This document shows, piece after piece, positions 1-11,202 of a DNA stretch of 64,000 bases. Under the pieces are notes generated by a model. That model had not been told where the DNA came from, did no database searches, and saw nothing but the letters and a program-made list of their open reading frames with translations. This DNA comes from Promethearchaeota archaeon (lineage in GTDB: Archaea; Asgardarchaeota; Lokiarchaeia; Sigyniarchaeales; SOKP01): NCBI GenBank assembly GCA_048937405.1, contig JBHLNF010000005.1:205227-269226 (forward strand). Direction: 5' to 3'. Numbering within the stretch: the first letter of the stretch is position 1; the number at the start of each line of letters is the position of its first letter. A program made the translations under genes and the position numbers.

Positions 1-41
1 GCTGCCCCTGTTAATAATACTTTTAACTTAAAACTTGACAT
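1..41 (-). CDS. Small Ras-superfamily GTPase, 5' end only (runs off window)
   Basis: Manual translation MSSFKLKVLLTGAA..., the beta1 strand plus start of the P-loop typical of Asgard Rab-like GTPases. Confidence 0.6.
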   Translation of the reverse strand, partial: MSSFKLKVLLTGA

Positions 42-245
42 AAAGCTCCACTCATGTCGATTTTTACTAACTTTTTTTAATATTTTAATTTTGTAAATAA
101 ATTAAAGATAACTAAATTAAAGAAAAAATAAATTATAAATTTAAATATTTTTACATAAACTCAAATTGGTTTTTATTAATTTCTATTCATATTAAATAGA
201 ATATTAATACTTAAAAGTTAGTATATAAGTTTTAGATTTATATAA

Positions 246-2201
246 CTATCTCTTCGGTATTTCGTTATATTCTTTCAAATTTTTAAATAGATCGAGTTTT
301 AGGTGAGGAAAGTACATTGCTTCAGCATATTCTTTTTGAAAATTCTTATCTATAGCAATTTCAACATATTTAATTTTGTTTAAAAGCTCTTGCGCCTTGT
401 TTCTTAAATCTTGATTTAATAAACAGTGTTGTGCTCCTACTCCAGCAGCATTTCCTATTTGAAAAATACACTCATCATTAATATCTGGAATCATTCCTAT
501 AAATTTTGCATTTTGAGCGTTTATATAGTTACCAAAAGCACCTGCTAAGAAAATTTGTTTGATAATTTGATAACTTTTCAAATTATTCATAATAATCCGG
601 GTTCCAGAATAAAAGGCTGCCTTTGCCATTTGAATTTGTCTTATATCGTTTTGATTAATTGAAATCTCCTTATTTATAGAAGTATCATCTTTATCTGCTA
701 TAATGAAATCTATTTTCTTATCTTCTTTTATGAATCTTTCATGATTAATATAATCTTGATTAAAATTTCCGCTCCTAGTAATAATCTTAGATTTTAACAT
801 CTCTGCTATAACATCAACTAGACCAGAACCACATATTCCAATTGGTTTTTTGTTTTTAATTGTAGTATAAGATACATCAAAATCCTTAGAGTCAATTTGA
901 ACTGTGTCTATTGCTCCTGCTGCTGCTCTCATCCCATTGCTAATATGAGCTCCTTCTAAAGCAGACCCTGCTGCACAAGATCCCACAAATAAATTCTTTC
1001 GATTACCAATGATAATTTCACCATTAGTACCAATATCAATTGCTAAAGTAAGAGATTTTTCATTATAAATTTGTGAAGAAAGTATTACACCAATAGTATC
1101 AGCCCCAACAAAACCCGCAATAATAGGTGCTGTATATACATTCCCAAATTTAGAAATATTAAGATTTAGTCTATTTGCTTTTATATTAAAATTTTTTTGA
1201 ATAACAGGGATAAACGGACTTATTCCTATATTGATAGGATCAAGTCCCAAAAAAATATGATGCATAACAGAATTTCCTACAACAGTAGCTTCATAGATCT
1301 GAGAAGGATCGATTTTTGCTATTTGACATGTATTTGAGATAATTTCATTCAAGTCTTTAATTACAATAGAACTTAATTTTTGAAGATATTCTTTACTATC
1401 CTTTATAAGTGTTAATCTTGTTATTAGATCTTCTCCATAGGCTGTTTGGCTGTTCATTTTTGAACTGACAGCATAAGTCTTACCATTATTTAAATTGATT
1501 AAATAACCTACTATAGTTGTTGTTCCAATATCAAAAGCAATTCCATAATTGTCTTTGATGGTATTACCTGGCTCACAAGCAATGATATTAGTATTATCCC
1601 ATAAAACTAGTGTTATCTTATGATCATTTTCCCTTAAGATTTTAGGTAATTTTTTCAAAACATTAAAATCGATATTAAGATTGTTATATTTCTTTATTTT
1701 TGGAATAGAACTTTTTATTGATGCTTCAATTCTTTCAAAATCAGCATCAGGTTCCTCTAATGATGGACTTCTTACTTCAATGTAAACTTTTTGAATAGTT
1801 GGATTTATTTTCACTCCTTCACTTTTTCCTGCAATTAAGATGTTAAAATCTTCCAACAATATATCATTTGGGAGAAATATTCGGAATTGAGGATGGGGAA
1901 GTGTTTGTAGATATTCTGATTGTTCCGTATTAAGCTTTGTTTGACAAGCAAGTCGCCATCCATTTCTTAGTTCTTCCTCATTTACATATCTCTTTTCATT
2001 ATTAGTTGGAGGATTTAAAAATTCTTTTCCTTTTTGTACTGAAATTTTGCATTTTCCACACGTTCCTAATCCACCACAAATTGATCTAATTGGTATGTCT
2101 AAATCTAAAAGGATTTCATAGAGAGAGAGATCACTTGGAAAATGCACCCTTCTGGAAATTGGTTCAAAATCAATAATTATATTTCTTTTCTTTATATCCA
2201 T
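246..2201 (-). CDS. ASKHA-family reductive activator of corrinoid proteins (RACo/RamA-like, DUF4445) with N-terminal 2Fe-2S domain
   Basis: CGGLGTCGKC...RLACQ ferredoxin motif; DIGTTT, DIGTNGE, GICGSG, LAGAFG, GNAA motifs. Confidence 0.9.
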   Translation of the reverse strand: MDIKKRNIIIDFEPISRRVHFPSDLSLYEILLDLDIPIRSICGGLGTCGKCKISVQKGKEFLNPPTNNEKRYVNEEELRNGWRLACQTKLNTEQSEYLQTLPHPQFRIFLPNDILLEDFNILIAGKSEGVKINPTIQKVYIEVRSPSLEEPDADFERIEASIKSSIPKIKKYNNLNIDFNVLKKLPKILRENDHKITLVLWDNTNIIACEPGNTIKDNYGIAFDIGTTTIVGYLINLNNGKTYAVSSKMNSQTAYGEDLITRLTLIKDSKEYLQKLSSIVIKDLNEIISNTCQIAKIDPSQIYEATVVGNSVMHHIFLGLDPINIGISPFIPVIQKNFNIKANRLNLNISKFGNVYTAPIIAGFVGADTIGVILSSQIYNEKSLTLAIDIGTNGEIIIGNRKNLFVGSCAAGSALEGAHISNGMRAAAGAIDTVQIDSKDFDVSYTTIKNKKPIGICGSGLVDVIAEMLKSKIITRSGNFNQDYINHERFIKEDKKIDFIIADKDDTSINKEISINQNDIRQIQMAKAAFYSGTRIIMNNLKSYQIIKQIFLAGAFGNYINAQNAKFIGMIPDINDECIFQIGNAAGVGAQHCLLNQDLRNKAQELLNKIKYVEIAIDKNFQKEYAEAMYFPHLKLDLFKNLKEYNEIPKR

Positions 2202-2406
2202 AACTATATTTTAATAATAAATAGGGTTTAGATTTTAAATTTGAATTCAAAATTCTTGAAAATTCAAAATTCTTTGTCGATTTTAATAATTTAGTTAAGA
2301 TAGTTATCACAATATAAAAAGTTTAATTACTTAGCGTGGATAAATTAAAATAAGAACAAGGAAAGAATTTTTAATTTTAATTTAGGATTAAAGAGGTTCA
2401 ATTTAA

Positions 2407-5400
2407 TTGCAAAATCCAGAGGAATTAGCTCAGGAAGCTTTAAAATATTTAGATATCGCACAAAAACTTGAAGAAGAAAAAGAATTTGAAAATGCAATTT
2501 CGCAATATCAACAAGCTGCTGATTTTCTTAAGCAAAGTGGATTTTTAATGCATAGAGTTCAGGAAATTTACGATAGAGTAAGTGAATTGAAAGATTTTCT
2601 ACAGAAAGAAAAGCTTTATCAACAAATAGAACATAAAACTCAAAGTGTACAATTGCAAGAACGAGGATTCGCTTTATTAGACAGAGCTAAAAAATTAGAA
2701 TTTGATGGTCTCTTTGAAGATGCTATTCAACAGTATTCATCTGCAATTCAATTACTAAGTCAAGCTGGTTGGTCTGAAACCCAACTATTTGAATTAAAAA
2801 CAAAAATTAACCGTCTTTCTCAAGAATTTGATAAAAGAAAAACAACCCTAGAACCACAAAAACAAATACCTGAATCACAGAGTCCCCCCATACAATTAAT
2901 TCAGGATGAAAAACCTCAAATTGTTGGAATGTTTGGCCAGAAAAGTAGTATAGAAAAGGAAGAAGTTATAAAACGTTTTAGAGAAAAAAGAAAATATGAA
3001 GAAAATATTCAAAATCAAGCGTTTGAACATATTGATGCGGCAAAATTATTTGAAAAAGATAAGAAATTTGATGATGCGATATTGAATTATGAGAAAGCCA
3101 TTGGTTTATTAACTTCCATTGGTTGGACCATTCAAATCCAAAATATCCAATCCATAATTGAAAAACTCAAAAAAGATAAAATAAATTTCGAATCTTTTCA
3201 AGTTAAACCTTCTACAACTTTAGAAACTACTGACATTGAAGAGGAGAAAGTTATATTAGAGAAAAGAGCAAAATTAGCCAAAGAGAAATTAAACAAATTT
3301 GAACTGAAGAAAAAACATGAGGAACAAGTACAAAATGAAGCCTTCAATTTGATAGATATTGGCAATAGATTTGAAAGAGAAAATAAGTTTGATGAAGCAA
3401 TTGAAAAATTTGAACAGGCAATTCAATATTTTAAATCTATAGAATGGGATTCTTATGTACATCCCATTAAAGGCTTTATTAATCAAATAAAAGAGAAGCA
3501 GGAGAGAGAGAAAAAAGCGGAAAAATTAATTGAAAAGAGACAAAAAGATTTAACCATTCTTCAAGATTCGATATATTTAAAGCAAAGAGAGCAAATTTTC
3601 AAATCAGCAAAAGAATTAGACAAGAAAAGAAGAGAATTTGAAGAAAAAACAAAAGTTGATGCAAAGAAAGAAAAAGATCTCTTTGGAATATTAGATAAGG
3701 CGGATAAAATTTTAAAAGAGAAAAATTTTGATGATGCTATAAATGAATATCAAAAAGCTTTTTCTATTTTAAGCGATTTGGGTTCTGGATGGGAAACTTA
3801 TACATCCATGATAAAAAATACTATTTCTAATGTTGAGAAATTAAAAAATTCTTACCTTACTAAAAAACTTGATGAGCAAAAGAAATTAGAAGAAAAAGAA
3901 CGTGAAGAAATTGAATTTCAAAAGCAAATTTTAACTCAATTAGATAAGGAGCGAAGCCAATTAAAAGAGAAAGAAATTATTATCAAAGATCATGAAGAGG
4001 AAATTAAGCATTTTGAACAACGTAAAAAAGTTGGATTTGAGTACTTAGATTCTGCCATGGATTTCCTGATACAAGGTAAATATGAAGAAGCTATATTAGC
4101 ATATCAAAATGCTGCCAATATTTTTGCCGAAATACAATGGACGGAGGAGATTCCTTTAATTGAAGTATCAATACAAGAAGTTGAAGAATTGCAGAGAACT
4201 CAAAATATCATCGAGCAGAGGAAACTAAAAGATGCTATTGAACGTCAAAAGAAAGAGGAAGAGTTTCAAAAACAAGTTAATAAATATTTAAGGCAAGAAA
4301 GGGAAAAATTAAAGAAAAAAGAAGTTGAATTAATGGAACGGGAAAAGATGGTAAAATATCAAGAAGAAAGGAGCATTGCAGGATTCAAATTACTAGATCA
4401 AGCTCAAGACAATTTAGAACAGGGAAATTTTGATGATGCCATTGAGATTCTAAAATATGCCATAAATTTTTTCGCTGATATTAATTGGCAGAATGAAATT
4501 AATCTAATACAGAATTCCATTATAGAAATTGAAAATAAAAAACGAGAAGCTGTAATTCAAGATCAAATTAAAATACAAGCAGAAATTGAACGAGAAAAGC
4601 AAGAAAGACTATTTCGGGATTATGTTACAGGGGAAATGAAAGCACAACAAGAGAAATTTGAAAAAAGAGAAATTATTTTAAGAGAAAGAGAAAAAGAAAT
4701 TGCTTTTCGGGAAAATAGAAAACAAGAAGCTTTTAACTTACTAGAGACAGCACAAGATCTTCTTTTAAATGGGAAGTTTGATGATGCTCTTGAAATTTAT
4801 TATAATATAGCGAATATCTTTGCACAAATTCAATGGAATGAAGAAATTTCAATAATTCAAGAAGCAATTCAGAATATAGAAGAAAGAAAGAGAGAGAATG
4901 AAATAAATAAACAAAAATTAATGCAAAAGTCAATAGAAAAAGAAACTGCTGATAAAGCTTTTATTGAGCAACTTAGGTATCAAAGAGGGAAGAAACGAGC
5001 TGAAATTTTGAAAGAGAAAGAACAAATTGAAAAACAAAAACAGCTTTCTGCTCAAAATTTGGTAAAACAACAAAAAGCATTTAAATTGATAGAAGATGGA
5101 GAAAATCTTATCGAAAAAGGAATTTTTGATGATGCAATAAGTAATTATAATGAAGTTATAGAAATTCTGAAAGAAATTGGTTGGGAAGAAGGATATCTCT
5201 CCCTATTACGTGACAATATACGATCTTTTAAAGCAAAGAAAAGGGATTATGAAAAAGAAAAACAAAATGAATTTGAAATTAAATTAAAGCAACAAAAAGA
5301 AGAAGAATTATTTCAAAAAAGAATAACTGAATATATGAAAAAAGAGCAGGAAAAAATTCAAGCTAAAAAAATTGAGATTCATCAAAAAGAAGATTTGTTA

Positions 5401-8400
5401 AAAAAAATGGAAAGCCGAAAATTAGAAGCATTTAAGGCAATGGAAGTTGCAGATAAGTTATTAAATGAAAGTGATTATGATGGAGCTATCGAGAATTATA
5501 TTCAAGCAGAGTTGATATTAAATGAAATTAATTTTCCAACTAATGTTATTAGAGATATAATTCAAACCATTCAAGAGAAAAAAAGAGAAGAAAACCTAAA
5601 CAAGATGAAAGAATTAGAACAAAAATATAGAAAACAACGTGAAGATGAACTCTTTCAAAAACAAATCTTGGAAAGAATAAAATTAGAAGAACAAGAAATG
5701 AGGGAAAAGCAAGAAAATCTATTGAAACAAGAGCAATTGAGGATCATAGAAGAACAAAAAAAACAAGAGGCATTCAATATATTAGATGACGCTAAAATAG
5801 GAATTAAAGAAATGAAGTTTGATGAAGCAATTGATTTATATAATAATGCCAAAAAGATATTTCTAGAAATTCAATGGGAAGATCAAGTTAATTTAATTGA
5901 TAAAGCTATTCTTACGATTGAGAATAAAAAAAGAGATACAGAAGTACAAAAACAAAAGAATCTAGAAAATAAAATTCAGCAAGAGCAACTAGAAGTTACT
6001 TTCCAAAGAAATCTTGTTAAGGAAATGGAAATTGAACGTAAAGAATTAAAGAAAAGACAAATAAGTCTTAGAGAAAGAGAAAAAGAACTCATTTATAGAG
6101 AAAAAAAGAAAGAAGATTCATTTAAACTATTAGATCAAGCACAGGATTATCTTTCACAAGGCAAATTTGATGAAGCAATAGAACTTTATGAAAATGTGGC
6201 AAATATATTTGCTCAAATTCAATGGACTGATGAAATTCCAATCATAAATAAAGCTATACAGGATATTGAAAATAAAAAGAGAGAAAGAGATTTAATAAAA
6301 CAAGAAAATTTTCAAGAGATAATAAAAAAGGAAAAATCTGAACAAGAGTTTATGGAAAAAATAAGGGATCTGAAGGAAAAGGAAAAATTAAAAGCTCTTG
6401 AAGAAAAAGATTCAATACAAAAGCGAGAATTGAGTATTTCTCAAAATTTAATCAAGCAAGAAGAAGCATTTAATTTGATAAATCAAGGATATGATTTACT
6501 TAATCAAAAGAATTATGATAAAGCATTAGAAAATTATCAAAATGCAATAACTATCCTTACTAAAATAGGATGGACCCATGATTATTTAAAACTTCTTAAA
6601 GATGCTGTAAAAGCCATTGAAATAAGAAAGATTGATGTTGAAAAAGAGAAAGTGCTTGAAAAAGAATTATTTATGAAACATCAACAAGAAGAAGAACAGT
6701 TCCAAAAGAAAATAACAGATAGTATGAAAATTGAACAGAAAAGATTACAAGCAAAAAAAATTGAAATTCAGAAAAAAGAACAATTAAAACACGTAATGGA
6801 GAGTCGTAAAGAGGAAACCTTTAAAACTATGGAATTGGCTGAAAATTATTTTAATCAAAAACAATATGATAAAGCAATTGAACAATACCGCCAAGCAGAG
6901 TTAATTTTGAATGAAGTTGGCTTTCCAACTAAAGTAATTAGAGAAATGATAAATAAAATTCAAAATAAAGAGAGAGAAGAATGGCTAAATAGTCAGAAAG
7001 ATCTAGAAAATAAACATCAGAAGGAGAAAGAAAATTATGAATTTCAATATAAAATCACAGAAAGCATTAGATTAGATGAAATTAAGTTAAAAGAAAGAGA
7101 AAATAAAATTCAGAGACAAAGAGAACTCCAAAAATACATGGAAAAAAGAAGGGAAGACGCCTTTAATCTTCTCGAAGAAGCAGAAGGATTCATGAAACAA
7201 TCTCAATATGATAAATCACTTGAATATTATCATGCCGCTGAATTAATATTAAATGAAATTGCTTTTCCAACAGATTCGATAAGGGATTTGATTTTAAAAG
7301 TTCAAAAGAAGAAACGAGAGTACCAACTGCAAAAACAGAAGGAATTAGAGCAAACTATTAAAAGGGAAAGAGAGGAATGGAATTATCAACAAAAGATAGT
7401 TAAGGAATTACAAAATGAAAAAGAACGATTGAAAGTAAAAGAAATAGAGGTATTAAAAAGAGAAGAATTGAAATCAAAATTAGAGAAAAGAAGAGAGCAA
7501 GCATTTAAGATATTAGAGCAAGGAGAGGGCTTCTTAAAAGAACAAAATTATGATAATGCGATAGTCTGTTATAGAAGGGCAATGCAATTTTTAAAAGAAC
7601 TCCAGTTTCCAACAGATTCTATAAATAATATGATAATTAAAGTTAATAAATTGAAAAAGCAAAAAGAAAAAGCAGAACGTTTAAAATTTGAAAAAGAACT
7701 TGATAGAATCGAAGAAGAAAAAGCCTTAGAAGTTTTAGTAGAAGAAAGAAAGAGACAAGAAAGGGAAAAAATGGAAGCGCAACAAATAGCACTAAAAGAA
7801 CGAGAGAAAATTATCCAAGAAAAAATGAGTGTAAGAGAATCGGCATATTCTCTTTTGGAAGAAGCTGGGACTTATTTAAAACGTCGAATTCCAAACTACA
7901 ATGAGGCTATTTCATTATATATTCAAGCACGGCATATTTTAGCGGATAATATAGGATGGGAACCTGAAATTAATAATTTGAATATATTAATTAAAGATTT
8001 ACAGCAAGAACAAGCTAATTTCCTCAATAAAAAGCAATTAGAGGAACAAGCTCGTTTACAACGTCAAAATGAATATGCCTTATTTCAAGAAGAAGTTAGA
8101 AAAAGAAGGTTAGAAAAAGAAAAATTAAAACGGGAACAAGAAAAACAATATCGCGAGTTACTATATAAAAGAAAACATATTGAACAAATTAAAAGTGAAG
8201 GATTAAGACTCATTGATGAAGGGAAAAAAAATGCAAGGTATCATGAATTCGAAAAAGCCTATGATAATTTTGAAGATGCAACTAAAAAGTTTAGAGAGAT
8301 TGATTGGAAAGAAGAGATAAAATATATTGAGACTGAAATTAAAAATACAAAAATATTAGAAGAAAAAGTAAGAAAAGAAGAAAAGAGAATTCAACTAATA

Positions 8401-8769
8401 CAGGAACAGTTAGAAAAACAAAGAATTTTGGAAGAAGAGCGTAAAAAGGCTGAGGAATTAAAACTGAGAGAAACCGTTATTGAAGTTGGTGAATTAACTG
8501 AGGAAGTATCAGACATAATCGAAGAAATTAAGCAACAACAAAAACTAGATGCTGAAATTCAAAAAAAGAAGATTAAATCTAAAGCCAAAGACTTTCGTAA
8601 GGAAATGAGTAATTTAATAAAATTTAAACAAGAACTTTCTGAAGAAATAGCAAAGAAAGAAGCAGAAAAAAGAAAATTTGAAGAAAAATTACAGATGTCA
8701 AAAGAAAGAGAAGAAATTGATAACCTTAAAAGAATGATTAAAGAAACTTCTAAAAAGAAAAAAAGGTAG
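2407..8769 (+). CDS. Giant 2120-aa repeat protein: 18 MIT/TPR-like helical units separated by E/K/Q/R-rich helices
   Basis: Recurring AFxLLDxA...FDEAIxxYxxAxxIFxxIxW motif about every 115 aa; TTG start preceded by GAGGT. Confidence 0.85.
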   Translation: MQNPEELAQEALKYLDIAQKLEEEKEFENAISQYQQAADFLKQSGFLMHRVQEIYDRVSELKDFLQKEKLYQQIEHKTQSVQLQERGFALLDRAKKLEFDGLFEDAIQQYSSAIQLLSQAGWSETQLFELKTKINRLSQEFDKRKTTLEPQKQIPESQSPPIQLIQDEKPQIVGMFGQKSSIEKEEVIKRFREKRKYEENIQNQAFEHIDAAKLFEKDKKFDDAILNYEKAIGLLTSIGWTIQIQNIQSIIEKLKKDKINFESFQVKPSTTLETTDIEEEKVILEKRAKLAKEKLNKFELKKKHEEQVQNEAFNLIDIGNRFERENKFDEAIEKFEQAIQYFKSIEWDSYVHPIKGFINQIKEKQEREKKAEKLIEKRQKDLTILQDSIYLKQREQIFKSAKELDKKRREFEEKTKVDAKKEKDLFGILDKADKILKEKNFDDAINEYQKAFSILSDLGSGWETYTSMIKNTISNVEKLKNSYLTKKLDEQKKLEEKEREEIEFQKQILTQLDKERSQLKEKEIIIKDHEEEIKHFEQRKKVGFEYLDSAMDFLIQGKYEEAILAYQNAANIFAEIQWTEEIPLIEVSIQEVEELQRTQNIIEQRKLKDAIERQKKEEEFQKQVNKYLRQEREKLKKKEVELMEREKMVKYQEERSIAGFKLLDQAQDNLEQGNFDDAIEILKYAINFFADINWQNEINLIQNSIIEIENKKREAVIQDQIKIQAEIEREKQERLFRDYVTGEMKAQQEKFEKREIILREREKEIAFRENRKQEAFNLLETAQDLLLNGKFDDALEIYYNIANIFAQIQWNEEISIIQEAIQNIEERKRENEINKQKLMQKSIEKETADKAFIEQLRYQRGKKRAEILKEKEQIEKQKQLSAQNLVKQQKAFKLIEDGENLIEKGIFDDAISNYNEVIEILKEIGWEEGYLSLLRDNIRSFKAKKRDYEKEKQNEFEIKLKQQKEEELFQKRITEYMKKEQEKIQAKKIEIHQKEDLLKKMESRKLEAFKAMEVADKLLNESDYDGAIENYIQAELILNEINFPTNVIRDIIQTIQEKKREENLNKMKELEQKYRKQREDELFQKQILERIKLEEQEMREKQENLLKQEQLRIIEEQKKQEAFNILDDAKIGIKEMKFDEAIDLYNNAKKIFLEIQWEDQVNLIDKAILTIENKKRDTEVQKQKNLENKIQQEQLEVTFQRNLVKEMEIERKELKKRQISLREREKELIYREKKKEDSFKLLDQAQDYLSQGKFDEAIELYENVANIFAQIQWTDEIPIINKAIQDIENKKRERDLIKQENFQEIIKKEKSEQEFMEKIRDLKEKEKLKALEEKDSIQKRELSISQNLIKQEEAFNLINQGYDLLNQKNYDKALENYQNAITILTKIGWTHDYLKLLKDAVKAIEIRKIDVEKEKVLEKELFMKHQQEEEQFQKKITDSMKIEQKRLQAKKIEIQKKEQLKHVMESRKEETFKTMELAENYFNQKQYDKAIEQYRQAELILNEVGFPTKVIREMINKIQNKEREEWLNSQKDLENKHQKEKENYEFQYKITESIRLDEIKLKERENKIQRQRELQKYMEKRREDAFNLLEEAEGFMKQSQYDKSLEYYHAAELILNEIAFPTDSIRDLILKVQKKKREYQLQKQKELEQTIKREREEWNYQQKIVKELQNEKERLKVKEIEVLKREELKSKLEKRREQAFKILEQGEGFLKEQNYDNAIVCYRRAMQFLKELQFPTDSINNMIIKVNKLKKQKEKAERLKFEKELDRIEEEKALEVLVEERKRQEREKMEAQQIALKEREKIIQEKMSVRESAYSLLEEAGTYLKRRIPNYNEAISLYIQARHILADNIGWEPEINNLNILIKDLQQEQANFLNKKQLEEQARLQRQNEYALFQEEVRKRRLEKEKLKREQEKQYRELLYKRKHIEQIKSEGLRLIDEGKKNARYHEFEKAYDNFEDATKKFREIDWKEEIKYIETEIKNTKILEEKVRKEEKRIQLIQEQLEKQRILEEERKKAEELKLRETVIEVGELTEEVSDIIEEIKQQQKLDAEIQKKKIKSKAKDFRKEMSNLIKFKQELSEEIAKKEAEKRKFEEKLQMSKEREEIDNLKRMIKETSKKKKR

Positions 8770-8916
8770 AAATTAATATTTATCTTTAAATTCTTTAAAT
8801 TTAAAAAGAAATTCTAACTATTTGTCTTAATTATTATTTTTTGAATTATTTGGAAACATATCATTAAAAGAGTTTAAATTAAGATCTTGAAATAATAATT
8901 ATAACAACAAAAAGAA

Positions 8917-10512
8917 GTGTTTTATAAAATGATTGAAAAACCAGAGGATATTGTTAAGTCACGTATGTATGCTAGACAACAGCTAATTGATGGATGGGAT
9001 CAAACTATAATTGATAATGGTGTTATTATGATAATTGGTGTTGGAGCTTTGGGTTGTGAAATTGCTAAAGATTTTGCTTTGATGGGAATTGGTAAATTGA
9101 TCCTTGTTGATCTTGATACTATTGAAACCTCTAATTTATCACGTCAAATGCTCTTTAGACCAGGAGATGAAGGACGAGCAAAAGCAGAAGTGGCAGCAGA
9201 AAGATTGAAGGAGATGAATCCTTATCTAAAGGTTGATTTCTACTTTGAAAAACTCCAAAAATTACCAATAGCGGTTTATGAAGAATCTGATGTAATAGTG
9301 GCAGCTTTAGATAATTTTAATGCTAGATTAGATCTAAATAAGATATGTTTAAGATTAAAAAAGCCAATGGTCGAAGCGGGGACAGTAGGATTTGAAGGAC
9401 ATTGCCAAATAGTAATTCCTGAGGGATCTGGATTGCAATACAAGAATAAGGAAAGCGAAATCGAGAATTTGGTTCAAACAAGGCTTTGGGAGATAACCGA
9501 AATGGAATATCCCGAATATTTCGAAGCACAGAAAAGAATTGAAGAACTTGAAGAAGAAATTGAAAATATTAGAGCTGAAAAAATTATTCCTTTAGAAGAA
9601 AAATTTAGAAAGGAAATTGAGATGGTTTTTGATTGGAAGTATGCTCCGGAATTATTAGACCAAACTCCTTGTTATAGATGTTTAGTACCAATACCCCCTG
9701 CTGATGATAAACTTGTGGCAGCATGTACTTTAAAAGGTCTACCACGCAATAGAAATCATTGTGTAATTAAAGCTGAAGTAGAGTTTGAAAAGAAATATGG
9801 TCATAAACCTGACCTAAATTTAAATGATGAAGTAATAAAATTAAAAGAATTAGCACAAATTGAATTAGAAAAATTAAGAGAACGGGTTCTTGATGAAAAC
9901 CTTCCACCAGAAACAAGAGATTCTTTATCTGAAGAGGAAATTAAGGAATGGAAAAAAAATATTGAAGAAACATTTGGACCAAATTATAAGTTTGAAGAAA
10001 TGGAGAATATACTTGGGAATAAAATTGCTGCAATACAAACTGTTAGCTCAGTTATAGCTAGTATTCAATCTCAAGAAGCATTAAAACTTCTTTTTAGAGT
10101 AAATGGGAGAAATATTGGTACTCCAATGGATCCTCCTTACATTAATTACAATGGAATTTATGGCCAATTCGATCATCTAAATATAATAAAAAGAGAGGAT
10201 TGTCTTGCTTGTGGAAAAATTGAAGGGGAAGAAAATGTACAAATTGTAGTTCCTTTTGATGCGGATGTCGGGTATGTTTTTAAAGCCTTGAAAATAACAG
10301 GATATGAATTAAATCCAGAATTATGGATGATTACTAACCCAATGACAAAAGAAATATACTGGAATCCATATATGCCTTCATTAAAAAATCCAAAGATTAA
10401 ATTAACTTCCTTAAAGGTTAAAAGCAACGACATAATTTCGATGACTCCTTTAGGTAAAGCATTAGTAGAATCAGAAATTAAAAAGTATAATGTCATAGTT
10501 GCATTTATGTAA
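8917..10512 (+). CDS. Ubiquitin-like activating enzyme E1 (ThiF/UBA; UBA3/UBA2-like); likely ATG at 8929
   Basis: GVGALG, DLDTIETSNLSRQ, LDNFNAR; Zn sites CYRC and CLAC; catalytic-Cys segment ACTLKGLPRNRNHC; about 90-aa C-terminal extension. Confidence 0.9.
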   Translation: MFYKMIEKPEDIVKSRMYARQQLIDGWDQTIIDNGVIMIIGVGALGCEIAKDFALMGIGKLILVDLDTIETSNLSRQMLFRPGDEGRAKAEVAAERLKEMNPYLKVDFYFEKLQKLPIAVYEESDVIVAALDNFNARLDLNKICLRLKKPMVEAGTVGFEGHCQIVIPEGSGLQYKNKESEIENLVQTRLWEITEMEYPEYFEAQKRIEELEEEIENIRAEKIIPLEEKFRKEIEMVFDWKYAPELLDQTPCYRCLVPIPPADDKLVAACTLKGLPRNRNHCVIKAEVEFEKKYGHKPDLNLNDEVIKLKELAQIELEKLRERVLDENLPPETRDSLSEEEIKEWKKNIEETFGPNYKFEEMENILGNKIAAIQTVSSVIASIQSQEALKLLFRVNGRNIGTPMDPPYINYNGIYGQFDHLNIIKREDCLACGKIEGEENVQIVVPFDADVGYVFKALKITGYELNPELWMITNPMTKEIYWNPYMPSLKNPKIKLTSLKVKSNDIISMTPLGKALVESEIKKYNVIVAFM

Positions 10513-10655
10513 GATTTTAACGATTAATTTACATCAAGAAATATTGAAATATCAGCCAATAAATTACTCATTATAAATTTTAATATTTCATAATATTATT
10601 AATATATAAAATAGAGGCGGTAATTTTTCCAAAAAATAAACCAAGAGATACACCA

Positions 10656-11177
10656 ATGAGCAATACGCATTTTAAATTTATGGTAAAGCATTTTAAAAAG
10701 CGTGATCAAAAATATCCTCCTCATCAAAAAATTGAGAAAACGAAAATAAAAGAAGGAAATATTGTATTAGATTATGGTTGTGGGCCTGGTAGTTATGCAA
10801 TTGCGGCAGCAAAAGTAGTTGGAGATAGAGGAAAAGTCTATGCCGCCGATATTCATCCCTTAGCACTTGAAGAGGTAAAAAAAAGAGCGGCTGAAAATAA
10901 GTTAAAAAATATTGAAACCATCTTAACTGATTGTGAAACTCAGTTAGAAGATAACTCAGTTGATGTTGCTTTATTATTAGATATTTACCATGATCTATCA
11001 AATCCAGAGTATATTTTAAAAGAATTACACCGTGTTTTAAAAAGAAATGGATGGTTATCAGTAGATGATCATCATTTTAAAGATGATGAAATAAAAGAGA
11101 AAATAATTGGTAAGGGATTATTTAAATTTGCAGAAAGGAAAGAGGAACTCTTTAATTTTACAAAAATCTTAGAATAG
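10656..11177 (+). CDS. Class I SAM-dependent methyltransferase
   Basis: VLDYGCGPG motif I; ELHRVLKRNG. Confidence 0.9.
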   Translation: MSNTHFKFMVKHFKKRDQKYPPHQKIEKTKIKEGNIVLDYGCGPGSYAIAAAKVVGDRGKVYAADIHPLALEEVKKRAAENKLKNIETILTDCETQLEDNSVDVALLLDIYHDLSNPEYILKELHRVLKRNGWLSVDDHHFKDDEIKEKIIGKGLFKFAERKEELFNFTKILE

Positions 11178-11202
11178 TGAAAAATTTGTTTTGTTTATAT
11201 TT

